Source of the DNA: Octopus bimaculoides
Taxonomy: Eukaryota
Assembly: GCF_001194135.2 (NCBI RefSeq)
Contig: NC_068983.1
Location: forward strand, 31,410,158 to 31,469,095
Direction: 5' to 3'
Length of the DNA stretch: 58,938 nt
The translations under genes were made by a program, and so were the position numbers. Position 1 is the stretch's first letter, and each line of letters begins with the position of its first letter. Below are positions 1-13,100 of the stretch, piece after piece. Below the pieces are notes generated by a model. It was not told the DNA's origin. It did no database searches and worked only from the letters and a program-made list of their open reading frames with translations.

Positions 1-39
1 ATATATATATATATATATATAGCATATATATATATATAT

Positions 40-245
40 CTTTTATTTGTTTCAGTCTTTTGATTGTGGCCATAGGGCACCACCTTGAAGGATTTTAGTG
101 GAACAAATCAACTCCAGAACTTATTTTTTAAAGCCTAATGCTTATTCTATCGGTGACTTTTGTTGAACCGCTATGTTATGCGTCCGTAAACACACCAACA
201 CCAGTTGTCAAAGCAGTGGTGGGAGACAAACACAGATGTAGACAC
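40..245 (-). mobile_element. SINE body/3' part, same family as 55046-55260
   Basis: Clear similarity to 55046-55260 (tttcagt...ggcacc...acaccaacacc.gttgtcaa..agtggtgg..gacaaa); orientation inferred from the gaaacaaataaaaga-type tail on the minus strand. Confidence 0.6.
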
Positions 246-274
246 ATACATATATACACGCACACATATATATA

Positions 275-480
275 TCATGTGACCACGTGACCGACCAGGC
301 TATAAGACAGATGTTACTCATCGCCGGCCACAATATGCATTTGTATTGTTTTAGCCTTCAAATGACGCCAACCCGCTGACTAGATGATCAAGCCAACATC
401 CCCTGCTGACCGAAAGGGAGAACTGGAGCAACGTGAAATGAAGTGTTTTGCTCAAAAACACGACGCGCCGTACCGTCTGG
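275..480 (-). mobile_element. Partial CORE-like SINE
   Basis: Shares aactgg.gcaacgtgaaat.aagtgt.ttgctcaaaaacac with 5230-5566. Confidence 0.6.
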
Positions 481-484
481 GAGT

Positions 485-583
485 ATATATACAAGGTAAT
501 ATATAAATATATATACAAGGTAATATATAAATATATATACAAGGTAATATATAAATATATATACAAGGTAATATATAAATATA
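485..583. repeat. 24-bp minisatellite, about 4 copies (ACAAGGTAATATATAAATATATAT)
   Basis: ACAAGG recurs at 491, 515, 539 and 563. Confidence 0.9.
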
Positions 584-1267
584 CATATATATATATATAT
601 ANNNNNNNNNNNNNNNNNNNNNNNNNNNNNNNNNNNNNNNNNNNNNNNNNNNNNNNNNNNNNNNNNNNNNNNNNNNNNNNNNNNNNNNNNNNNNNNNNNN
701 NNNNNNNNNNNNNNNNNNNNNNNNNNNNNNNNNNNNNNNNNNNNNNNNNNNNNNNNNNNNNNNNNNNNNNNNNNNNNNNNNNNNNNNNNNNNNNNNNNNN
801 NNNNNNNNNNNNNNNNNNNNNNNNNNNNNNNNNNNNNNNNNNNNNNNNNNNNNNNNNNNNNNNNNNNNNNNNNNNNNNNNNNNNNNNNNNNNNNNNNNNN
901 NNNNNNNNNNNNNNNNNNNNNNNNNNNNNNNNNNNNNNNNNNNNNNNNNNNNNNNNNNNNNNNNNNNNNNNNNNNNNNNNNNNNNNNNNNNNNNNNNNNN
1001 NNNNNNNNNNNNNNNNNNNNNNNNNNNNNNNNNNNNNNNNNNNNNNNNNNNNNNNNNNNNNNNNNNNNNNNNNNNNNNNNNNNNNNNNNNNNNNNNNNNN
1101 NNNNNNNNNNNNNNNNNNNNNNNNNNNNNNNNNNNNNNNNNNNNNNNNNNNNNNNNNNNNNNNNNNNNNNNNNNNNNNNNNNNNNNNNNNNNNNNNNNNN
1201 NNNNNNNNNNNNNNNNNNNNNNNNNNNNNNNNNNNNNNNNNNNNNNNNNNNNNNNNNNNNNNNATAT

Positions 1268-2090
1268 ATAAGGTGATATCTAAAGGTTCCCGGACAAGTT
1301 ATGCTTAATGAAAATAACTTGTTTACCTAAATTTTAACATCATCTCTTTCGAAATAGTCACCTTGCGCAACAATACACCGGTTTCCGCATTCCTGTCACT
1401 TCTGGAATCAGGCCTGGAAGTCGTATTCTGTAAGCGTGTCGAGGATCTTCTGCGATTCACTCTGAATTTCGACAACGGTGTTAAAACGGTGATCTTTAAG
1501 CTGCATTTTCATCTTGGGGAAGAGATGGAAGGTTGCTGGTGCTAAATCTGGTGAATAAGGCGGACGCAGAAGTGATACCATGCTGTTTTCGGTGAGAAAC
1601 TTACGAGTGAGGGGAGCTCAGTGACAGAGTGCATTGTCATCGTGAAGAATCCAGTTCTTCGCGATTCACAGATCTGGTCGCTTTCGCTGAATGTCCTCCC
1701 TCAAACGCATTAAAACTCTCGATTGACGGTCTGGCTCCAGGAGACGAATTCTTGATGCACAACACTACGTATGTCAAAGAGAACGATGAGCATGCTCTTG
1801 GTTGAGCTACCGCTCTGTCGTGCACCCGCGTAACTTGAAACATTGCGTACGACTCATTGCTTTGTCACCGTAAGCTTGTTGGAGCATGCTCAGTGTTTAA
1901 GCCAAAAGTTTAAGCCAAAATTTCACGTTGGCTCTTTCTTCCAACATCTTGTCCATCACGTAGATTTCAGCATACACGTGATCACAAAACACAAATTTCA
2001 CAACTTGCGAAGTAAACACAGCGATGCCACGACACACTGCCTCATGAAGGTCACTGCTAACTCTCACTGCGCACTGATACTACCTCATAT
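1268..2090 (-). mobile_element. Internally deleted mariner transposon remnant
   Basis: Minus-strand translation gives KMLEERANVKF, MLQQAYGDKAMSRTQCF, SMLIVxFDIRxVVHQEF, PYSPDLAPATFHLFPK and QK*QECGNRCIVAQGDYFE, with stops and frameshifts; the WVPHxL/DETW region is missing. Confidence 0.85.
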
Positions 2091-2093
2091 ATA

Positions 2094-2253
2094 CAACAGG
2101 CTTCTTTCAGTTTCCGCCTACCAAATCCACTCATAAAGCTTTAGTCAGCCCGAGGCTATAGTAGAAGACACTAGTGCAAGGTGTCATGCAGTGGGACTGA
2201 ACCTGGAACCTTGTGGTTGAGAAGGAAGCGTCTAACCACACAGCCATGCCTGT
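2094..2253 (-). mobile_element. tRNA-derived SINE head (same family as 49461-49620)
   Basis: Reverse complement begins caggcatggctgtgtggttaga (A-box-like) and has ggttcagtccc (B-box-like); closely similar copy at 49461-49620. Confidence 0.75.
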
Positions 2254-3189
2254 AGGTTTAAATGTTAAAAAATATACCTCATCCCTAAAGATGAAGTTTT
2301 CAGAAAAATTGTAATTGTCAGTGGTTCTTGCCTTAGTCATAGAATAATTTACTGTTTATTTTTATGTATGGATTTCAGAAAATATACGTTCTCTTAAGTT
2401 ATAAAGGAATTACTAAAAAGAGTCACCAGTCTCTAGTATTGAAACAGTGCAGGCAAATTCGGCAAGTGAACAGCTATCATCCTTAGAAAGTGATAAAAAT
2501 CTGTAAAAGGAAGTCTTAATTGCTAAAACTTTCAAACAAAGCTTTAGTGCCAGACAATTGTATCAGGATTTAGAAATAATCTTATTTCAAACTGAATTCA
2601 TACCAGGCTCCAATAATGGTTGTGCAGCGCTTATAAGATAACATGTAGTTTTGAGCACAACGTAGCACTTAAGTTTTTATCCCCTATGCATCTATCAACA
2701 CATTTCTTAAATTACATATTCACAAATACGTATGCACACACATGTAGGTACAATATTTACATGAATATATATGTGCATTCTTAGAAAAATAAAAATGTTG
2801 TCATATTCTAGAGAGATCAATTCTTAGCAATAATGAAAATCGATTAAAATCAAAATAATATGGAATTGTATATAGATTTCCACTAAACCTATTTCGAAGC
2901 TTTTTCGCAAAAATATGTGTTTATTGAGTTTTAAATAAACGTCATTTTATTACTTCTTAGAATTAAGCAAATTAGGTTGATTGCTTTCTTCAAGTTCACA
3001 GCCGGTGTCTTACAGTTTCTTGGTTCGTAGAATCTTCAACCAATCCATCATGAGAGAAATCGAACAAAAAAGGAATCTGCAAATCGCTAAAAGAATATTG
3101 TAATAATGTTGCACGAACTTTATTCTGTTGCGCGAACTTTTTTACTGCAGGTACAAGGCCTGAAATTTTGATAGTTGATTACATTAACC

Positions 3190-3405
3190 AGTGGAATGCG
3201 CCCCTTCCACAGAAAGCGGAAGAGTAAACGCGCCAGCTTGGTCAACCAGCAAACGGGACAACGGATGGCGGTCAAGCGGTAATAGATGATGGATGCTATG
3301 TACGCATTCGCCACCTCTGATCGAACTTTCAGGGACAGCTTCCTCTCGGCCCATTTCTGAGTGAGATTAGCTACCCTGCTCGTCACCTCGTCCTAGTTTT
3401 TCTCC
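3190..3405 (-). mobile_element. L1/Tx1-type LINE fragment (post-RT region)
   Basis: [25 protein letters not shown]...LFRFLWKG resembles the W..R.LSL.GR...N....S...Y...FLW pattern. Confidence 0.65.
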
Positions 3406-3420
3406 ACCTAGAGGTCTATT

Positions 3421-3476
3421 GGATAATAACAACAACAACAGCAACAACAACAACAATAATAATAATAATAATAATA

Positions 3477-3527
<51 letters not shown>

Positions 3528-3590
3528 GTAATAATAACAATAATAATAATAATAATAATAACAATAATAATAATAATAATAACAATAATA

Positions 3591-3621
<31 letters not shown>

Positions 3622-3673
3622 CAATAATAATAATGATAATAATAATGATAATAATAATAATGATAATAATAAT
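3421..3673. repeat. Compound trinucleotide microsatellite (AAC)n(AAT)n(TAT)n(AAT/GAT)n
   Basis: Read directly from the sequence. Confidence 0.95.
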
Positions 3674-4198
3674 AGAGAAATTTGTCAAAGTACAAAGATC
3701 TCGAAACTGAAGTATTTAAGATGTGGGGCATGAAAGTAAAAACATTACCAATAATAATTGGATGACTGGGCATGATAAAAAATATGAACAAAAACGTAGA
3801 AGCTATACCTGGATACTCAACAATTCACACTGTCCAAAAAATAGCCCTGGTAGGAACAGCCCACACCATACGCAAGACATTGTCAATCCAATAACATAAC
3901 CTAAACAAAACAACCCACAAATACAAAACACTCTATACAGCAATTACCCACTGAAATAAACGTCCACCAGCAAGCCAATTAACCAATACTTTACACGCCC
4001 AACACACAATACAAGCTGCAACAAAAGACTGCGCCAAACTTCAAGACAGTAATAACTAACACAATACAGTACTGGGAAGAGTTTGCACACTCCCAACAGC
4101 AGAAAAGAACACACAATAGCGCACACACCCTAGCAACACCGAGGTGCAGCAGGTAATGCAGTAGAAACTTGGCTCGATCTATCAAATATTGAACAGTT
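3674..4198 (+). mobile_element. R4/Dong-type non-LTR retrotransposon, 5'-truncated 3' end
   Basis: Approximately KYKDLETEVFKMWGMKVKTLPIIIG*LG...VQKIALVGTAHTIRKTLSIQ*, then a 3' UTR running into (ATA)n. Confidence 0.8.
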
Positions 4199-4214
4199 AT
4201 ATAATAATAATGAT

Positions 4215-5200
<986 letters not shown>

Positions 5201-5229
5201 CAATAATAATAATAATAATAATAATAATA

Positions 5230-5566
5230 GGTGACCCCCTTCGGTCATGAATGACCATGGGATTGCACTTAGAAAGTTACCCTCCGAAGCACAAGTCCGG
5301 GCAAGTTTGTTTGTGGAAGGCCAGCAGTCGCCCATGCATACTAGCTCCCCCTCTCCACACCACTGATGTTATCCAAGGCAAAGGCAAAGGCCGATACAGC
5401 TTGGCACCAGTGATGTCACAACCCATTTCTACAGCTGAGTTAACTGGGGCAACGTGAAATAAAGTGTCTTGCTCAAAAACACAACACGCAGCCCGGTCCG
5501 GGAATTGTCCTCACAACCTCACGATTGTAAGCTCGACGCTCTAACCACTGAACCATGCGCCTTCAC
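5230..5566 (-). mobile_element. Near-complete tRNA-derived SINE with CORE-like domain
   Basis: Reverse complement: gtgaaggcgcaTGGTTCAGTGGTTAGAGC (A box), tRNA-like head, then ttgagcaagacactttatttcac...ctgtagaaatggg, resembling the MIR/CORE central domain. Confidence 0.8.
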
Positions 5567-5750
<184 letters not shown>

Positions 5751-6639
5751 GCACCATTCAGAACAACATAAGCAAGTTTCTCACTTCATATACCATGCCA
5801 TATTCGCCATATTGCAAAATTCTAACCAAAAAACATAATTACAACAATCGGTCTGCAATGGAAGCAAACCATTAATTTTATTCGATTTTTATGCCATAAT
5901 TTCTTCAGTTCTTTATATTAAACTTTTTTTTTATTTCCTACTCTTTTCTTCCCATCTTTATTTTATCCTTTCTTCCTTTCTTTCTCATCGTTTGGTTTCG
6001 CGTGCTGCAAGTGCTATGATTTCATTCACAATTAAAGACACACTCTTACTACAAACTACACCTGAGCGCTTTCATGACCATCTTTTTTATCACTACTAAA
6101 CCATAATCATCATCACCATAACTGATATTGCTGCTACAATTCCCTTTTAGCATCATACTCGCTACTACATTCACCATGTTCAGGCTATCACCTCAAATAT
6201 CAAGAACATTAGTAACATCAATATCTTCAAAACCACAAAAAGTACAATCACAACCGCCTGTAGCATGCCTGACTTCATGGAAACAAACGTTAATGTGACA
6301 CCTACCATTTTGTTATAGAAGTATTATACCGTTTCTATTATTATGTAACTGCCTCTGCTATAACACTCATCCCATAGCCACCAATGCTGGGAGCCACCAA
6401 TCTACCAAAAGCCCCCATCGCTATTTTGTTGCCACTACTACCATACCTTACCAACTGCTAATTCGAACCTCCGATGTACTTAGTTTGATCTACTCTGCCC
6501 TTTCAGTTGAAAAAATTGGCTTTCCTATCAAGTGAAAAAGAAATATTATTGCAATAGTGATTTGTGAGAAGGTTGCTGTTCTGTTGATTTACTCTCCTAC
6601 TTTATCGTAACTGATCTTGATGAAACACCGCAAAGGTTA

Positions 6640-7770
6640 CTTCATCAAGAAGCTGGAAAAAGCATTCTCCTTCAGTCTGCATGGTTGCTCGGATGAATCT
6701 CAAAGGCCTTTTTCCCCCTAATAATCAGGTGTTTCCAATTATCTTTGAATTCATCCTTATTCCGTAGAAGTGTCCGGCCTGCCTACAATACGTAGAGAAT
6801 TTTCAAGCTACCCATAAAGAATTTGTTTGGGGATTCAACTATTATTCATGCGAGAGATGTGTCCACACCATCACATCTGAAACTTGATTAAGAAAGCTTC
6901 TATACCAGGTACACCACACATTTCGAGGAAAGTGCTTTTCTTTACTCTATCATTCCACTTAACCTTGCATATTTGCCTAAGGCATGTTAAAGTTGTTCAC
7001 GTGACTGACATGCCTAAGGTAAGGTGTCCAGATCTCCGCCCCATATAATGGAGTTGTTAGGTGAACTGACGTATACACGTCTATTTTGTCCATACTGAGA
7101 TATCACGGGTATTCCAAAGACAATCATAATGATTCCTAAAAGCTGTACTAGCCTTTCCGATACGAATTTGGACTTCCTTATCGAATTCAGCATCACTTGT
7201 TACTCTAGAACCTAAACATGTGAAAGCATCAATTGTTTTCAGAACTTTGCCTCCAATAAGCATGCTGGGAAGATTTCTGGATTGTTACTAGGTCATGACT
7301 GATACAACAGTTTCGTCTTTTTTAAGTTGATAGTTAAGCCAAAAGATCTGACTACTGCTGCAAATCTATCAATGGTGTGTTGGATATCCTCGAGTGTATA
7401 AGCAACTAGGGCGCAATCCTCTGCAAACAGTAAGTCTATTATTGTCTGAGATGCAACTTTAGTCCTTGTTTTGAACTGCAACGTGTTCGGTTGAAGATGC
7501 CACCCATTGTCCTATATTCATGAAAAACACTCTCTTCCAGTAGTAATGCAAAAGATAGTTCAAATAATGCTCGTGCCATAACACAACATTGTTTTATGTC
7601 ATTTTAAGCATCAAAACGTTTAGATTGGCTTGAACAGATGTCTTCATATTCTTATGTAGGGACACTATGACATTTAGCATTTGCTCGAGAATCCCGATCT
7701 TTGCTAATACTTTCCAAGAATCCTGCCCACATACAGAAACAAAGGACTCTTTTAAATTTTCTGTAATTGC
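6640..7770 (-). mobile_element. RTE-clade (BovB-like) LINE, RT and 3' region, decayed
   Basis: IDLLFAEDCALVAYTLEDIQ...FGLTINLKKT, FTCLGS...EVQIRIGKASTAF, GHISRM...PKQILYG. Confidence 0.85.
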
Positions 7771-7956
7771 TTATGTAACACCGTGAATGTTTTCAAGTGA
7801 TTCGTTATGTAATGTTATGTGGCTATTCATCAAGTGTTTGAGGAGCATATCCTTACTGTTATCTACTTTGAGCTCTGAAATATCAAAATTCCTTATAAGT
7901 ATTTTACGATTTTGTTTTATGGCCGGCTTTGGTCGTGGAAAGCACGTGTATTATTT

Positions 7957-8187
7957 CTTATTTCTTTACTGCCCACAAGGGGCTACACACAGAGGGGACA
8001 AACAAGGACAGACAAACGGATTAACTCGATTATATCGACCCCAGTGCGTAACTGGTACTTATTTAATCGACCCCAAAAGGATGAAAGGCAAAGTCGACCT
8101 CGGCAGAATTTGAACTCAGAACGTTGCGGTAGACGAAATACCGCTGAGCATTTCGCCAGGCGTGCTAACGTTTCTGCCAGCTCGCCG
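7957..8187 (-). mobile_element. tRNA-derived SINE, family 1, complete copy
   Basis: Reverse complement ggcgagcTGGCAGAAACGTTAG (A box) ... GAGTTCAAATTC (B box) ... ggggtcgat body, aaagaaataa tail; many relatives in the window. Confidence 0.85.
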
Positions 8188-8254
8188 TTTAATATTATTT
8201 CTATCTCGGTTCCAGTCAATTACAGAGTCAAGTGCCTTTGACCTGATCTAAGCC

Positions 8255-8510
8255 CTGTTATAGGTTTCTTGCTGTAGATTTAATACTATTGTTAAATGCG
8301 ATCTAGCAACCTCTTCAATTTTGGTCCTCAGTATTGAGTTTGGCATGTATACTTTGCAGTACCGTGTGCAGTCTACATAAATGGGATCATTCATAATTTT
8401 CGATCATTCTGCATTCAAATAATAGGTACTTCTTTCTGGGAACCAGCAATGGAGCTTCTATGCACAGATTCGATGTGTTAGAATCAGGAGCCAACAAGAC
8501 TCTGCGCCGT
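8255..8510. repeat. Dispersed repeat, copy 1 (copy 2 at 12850-13100); possibly a CR1/L2-type LINE 3' fragment on the minus strand
   Basis: Colinear similarity (atagg.ttcttgctgtaga ... caatggagcttct.tgcac); minus translations IESVHRS / VERVQRS recall the CR1 LExVQR motif. The repeat is certain; its class is weak. Confidence 0.55.
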
Positions 8511-8686
8511 TTTATAAGGCTAGGACAACCCAAGCGTGGATGCATGCCAATTTCTATGGTCATGTTTACACAGTAAACCCTGATCAACGGTTTTCTTGTG
8601 TCTTTATAGACATGAATTAGCTTCTCTTCTGTTCCGTACATATGACTTGTATCGCATGTCTTAATACGCTAGTTCTGGTAGTTCAC

Positions 8687-8962
8687 TCAGACATATGAAG
8701 CTCTTTGGAAATGGTCCTCATTGATTTTTCTGGGATCATCATCGACAATGCTTTGAACCCGTTGGAGGAATGGCAGTGTCTTTATTGTGTCGGAACGTTT
8801 AGGATTTATTTTTCTCTCTGATACGGTTGAATCATTCCTACCAGAGGCTTCCAGTTCCTTTCGAACTTTGTGTAGAAAAGAGCTTGTCACATTTAGGAAC
8901 GTGGCAATTTCCAAATCACTGTGTTCCTCAGATATGGCAACAATAGCTGCGCATGTTTTCAC
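8687..8962 (-). mobile_element. Tc1/mariner-superfamily transposase N-terminal (HTH) fragment
   Basis: HSDLEIATFLNVTSSFLHKVRKEL...KRSDTIKTLPFLQRVQSIVDDDPRK resembles IS630/Tc1/maT-type N-termini; no TIR pair found. Confidence 0.6.
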
Positions 8963-10402
8963 TTCTTGTGTTATCGCTTTATCTCCTGTCAGGAACCTGA
9001 AAGAAATAAAAATCTTTTTATTCTTTTTTAAGAAAGTAATATACTAATAATTAAGTATCCTCAAATATCCATCGCATCCTGTTGTTAATGCTGTGTTGAT
9101 TTTTTAACGATTATATTTATTCGGACAAGATAGTGTATATTCTCCTATTGTTGTATCTGAATGAACAGGTCTATTGGATGAATCCAGATTTCAAAGTGTA
9201 CTCGATTATACATTGATGCAGGAGTTGGTTGTACTGATGCCAACAAAGCTATCTGCACAGTAGACTACTAAATTTAGGGACTTTAAATTTATGAGCGTTA
9301 TGAAATTACATTTCAGTAAAGACTTAGGACTTGTGGTGCATGATAAATTTTCGCGTTGATTTTAATATGAAGCAAAGTTAGCTGAGTTTTAAAAGTTATG
9401 CAGGTAAATGTGAATGTCAGTAATTGCTGTTCTTTTCAGCTGCAAAATAAAAACTTAGTAAAACTAAAACTTACAATGTATGTGTGGATATTAAGCGAAA
9501 AGAAAATCATGTTGCAATGCATAATCAATCTGCTTGTTTATTTTTCTGTTTGTTAGTGACTGTCTTTCTCTCTGCCTTTCTCTAATGCTTCCAGTGTCCA
9601 TTACTTTCTCTGTTTCTTCATTGGTGGACAGTAAATTTAAATTGATATGTATGCGTGTGAGAAACGTATTGTATTAAAGTCATCTACCAGTATATTCATA
9701 TAAACACACATAAGTAGGTAAATACATAGATGGTTGTGCGTGTATGTGTGTGTGTGTGTGTAAAACTGTGTCTGTGTGACAAAATGTATATGTGTTTTTT
9801 GTTTGCTTCTTTTCCTCTTAAGTTATTGTATCTTTTTATGTCTAGGCACTGTAGACAGTTTAAATGCTTCGAAATACTGGTTGTATGTAATAGTTTACAG
9901 TTAGTTTAGTATGTCTTAAACTTGAATACAATACAAAAGTTACCTAGCTGGATTGAATGTGCAACACACTTTTATTTTATTCCCTACTAAGCTACCAATA
10001 CCGCCACTCCAGAATCTAATATTTCAGATTGTGAAGAAGCTATAAGACCTGAGCTGCTTTCGCCAAAACAATCAATCATGTTTAATAGCTCAATCATGAA
10101 TTCTGTTTGAGCTTGAAAACCAGCAGGAGAAAACAAAATCAAAATGGCGAATTTCTCTTGAGATTCCTTTTGCGTGAATATGTAACAGCTGGTTAGCTAA
10201 CTATCATATATATATAATTATATATTTTTCGAATATCAGCTCTTTGGGATGTGATTTGCTAGATGATTGTCCTAATCTCTATTTCTGTGACTGAGTCGTG
10301 GTTAAAATGATATATCGACAAAGAAAATGAACATAAAGAATTATAAAGAGCAATACAAAAGCACATAAACACACATACACACTCGCTCACACACATACAC
10401 GT

Positions 10403-10435
<33 letters not shown>

Positions 10436-10437
10436 CG

Positions 10438-10491
<54 letters not shown>

Positions 10492-10861
10492 TGCACATTA
10501 TATTTATTATATATACATTTCGTTCTCACATTAAGTCCAGATATCGAGTTCTGAGTTCAAATGCTGCTGAGACCAAAATAGCTTTTCACTCTTTTGAGGT
10601 CGATAAATTAAATACTAGTCAAGCACTAGAACTGATGCTGACTTTGTGTCAAGATTGGAAAGAAATTATATATACATACAATCATATATTGACAAGAAAG
10701 TAACTTCGATGTTTCGATGGTCGTGGCTTGTTCAATATATATGTGTGTGCCTCAGTGTGCGTGTGTGTGTGTATGCCTCAGTGCGCGCGCGTGTGTGTGC
10801 GTGTGTACTATGTATGTATATATGTATGCATATATGTATGCATGTATGTATGTATGTATAT

Positions 10862-11230
10862 GTGGAGCCGCAATGGCCCAGTGGTTAGGGCAGCGGACTC
10901 GCGGTTTCGATTCCCAGACCGGGCGTTGTGAGTGCTTATTGAGCGAAAACACCTAAAGCTCCACGAGGCTCCGGCAGGGGATGGTGGCGAACCCTGCTGT
11001 ACTCTTTCACCACAACTTTCTCTCACTCTTACTTCCTGTTTCTGTTGTGCTTGTAATACAAAGGGTCAAACTTGTCACACTGTGTCACGCTGAATATCCC
11101 CGAGAACTACGTTAAGGGTACACGTGTCTGTGGAGTGCTCAGCCACTTACACGTTAATTTCACGAGCAGGCTGTTCCGTTGATCGGATCAACTGGAACCC
11201 TCGACGTCGTAAGCGACGGAGTGCAAACAC
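10862..11230 (+). mobile_element. tRNA-derived SINE (distinct family), apparently full length, followed by (ATGT)n
   Basis: A box TGGCCCAGTGG 10874-10884, B box GGTTTCGATTCCC 10903-10915, unique body and a simple-repeat tail. Confidence 0.8.
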
Positions 11231-11699
11231 ATGTATGTATGTATGTATGCATGTATGTATGTATGTATGTATGTATGTGTTATGTATGTATTATGTATGT
11301 ATGTATTATGTATCTTGGATACTAGATTCGCAAAGTCCTTATCAATGGTCCATAGATGTCTTCTTTCTCTTGTATTTTTCAAACCACATTTGTGTCCAGA
11401 GGGCAGTTAATTTCTACAACAGAACATATCTTTTCTTTGCGGTCCCACACACATGTATGTATGTCCTGGGTATGACTTTAAACTGCATCCAGTTATCGTC
11501 ATATTGAAGCATCGTGTATACTGAAGCAGAGACATGTGTCCTCGACTGTTTCCAGACAATAAAACGGCCCTATCTCTTAATGACATGTCAACTTTGATGA
11601 AATTCTGGATTCTTGAGATTATTTACCCATTTTAGTTTTCTTAATTTCTTTTGATAATTATGACAAGGGGCAGAGATCATAATCATTATCATCAAAGTC

Positions 11700-11960
11700 A
11701 TCGTCATCATTTATCTTTCGTGCTTCATGCTGGCATGGGTTTGACAAGATCCAATGGAACTGCATCGTACACCAGTGTTTGCTTTAACATGGTTTCTATG
11801 ACTTGATACCCTTCCTAACACCAACTATTTTGTAACGGGTAATGGTACATTTTTCACACTACCAGTACAAGTGAGGTTTCCATGCTGCTTGAAAGACTAC
11901 GAATTCTGAGGGAGATCACTTTTTGCAAGGAGATGAGTAGAGAAATAAAGGCCAGAGCAG
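11700..11960. repeat. Decayed interspersed repeat (probable SINE/LINE-tail family)
   Basis: Contains ggtttctatgacttgatacccttcctaacaccaac, a motif I associate with retroposon tails; not verified. Confidence 0.35.
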
Positions 11961-12626
11961 AATTGGCTTCTTGCTGTAGATGAATTACATAGCTACTAAC
12001 ATTTTAGAAGAAAAGGTGGGAGAGAACGGATGGAGCTGGCCAGTGATAAAAATAATGGTGATAACGAGTTAGGGTGGAACTTCCAAGTGAAGTGAATGAG
12101 TAGAGCCGTTGAGCCAGGAGTTACAGAATAGTAATAACGGTACAGTAAATAAGACGAAGAGAGAAAGGGAAATGAGAATGACATGTTGTGTAAGTTGCAG
12201 GAGTGGATGAGGAATAAAGAAGCTGAAGTAGTATATGAAGTAGGAGAGATAGGTGGTGAAGGAAGAATGTGAATCGTATGGAGAGTTAATTTGATGGCAT
12301 AGCGGGGTTTGAATAAAACATAGGTGGAAAGAACAGTATTGATAGATGAAAAATGAAGTAGCTCTAAGTAGAAAGAAAAGTCGAGTAAAGAAAGAACTGC
12401 AGTTACAGAAACGATGGATGTGTATAAACTCAGATACGCGCGTGTGCACATAGCTCTACCTAAAATCACTTTCGCCGAGATGAGCGAGTCTTCTTGAGAA
12501 CTGCATATGACCGGTCATTCCTGTCCTTTGTGATCTCCTCCTTATTTTAACAACTCAAGAATTTCTGCTGTATTTCATATACCCATATTTGTCAATGCGT
12601 GCGCGCGTATGTGTGTCTGTGTGTAT

Positions 12627-12731
<105 letters not shown>

Positions 12732-12849
12732 TGCGTATGTATGTGTGTGTATTTATACATTAAATGGAGAACCACCAGTTTGGATTTAAGTTGCGTTTTT
12801 CAGGCAAATAAGGGGACTATGTACCTTGCTGTAGGCGAATCCATTCATG

Positions 12850-13100
12850 ATATAGGCTTCTTGCTGTAGAGATAACACATTGTTTTGTCAAATACGGTCT
12901 AAGAACTTCTTAAATTTTGGTTACTCACAGTACTGAGTTCTGCATCTACTTTCGCAGTACCTGTACAGTCTAATTAAATAGGATCGTTCAAAGTTTTCGA
13001 TTATTCTGTATTTAAATGATAGGTATCTCTTTTTACAAACCAACAATGGAGCTTCTCTGCACACGTTCGACGTGTAACAATCGGCAGCCAAGTATCCCTT
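12850..13100. repeat. Dispersed repeat, copy 2 of the 8255-8510 family
   Basis: Colinear similarity to 8255-8510. Confidence 0.6.

Noticed and set aside
485-583. Regularly spaced 24-bp repeats as a possible CRISPR array
   Set aside because: Units are contiguous with no unique spacers, there are no cas genes, and the context is eukaryotic.
10862-10920. tRNA-like heads (also 5480-5566, 8100-8187, 36413-36500) as tRNA genes
   Set aside because: They have A/B boxes but no complete cloverleaf, and each continues into a repeated SINE body.
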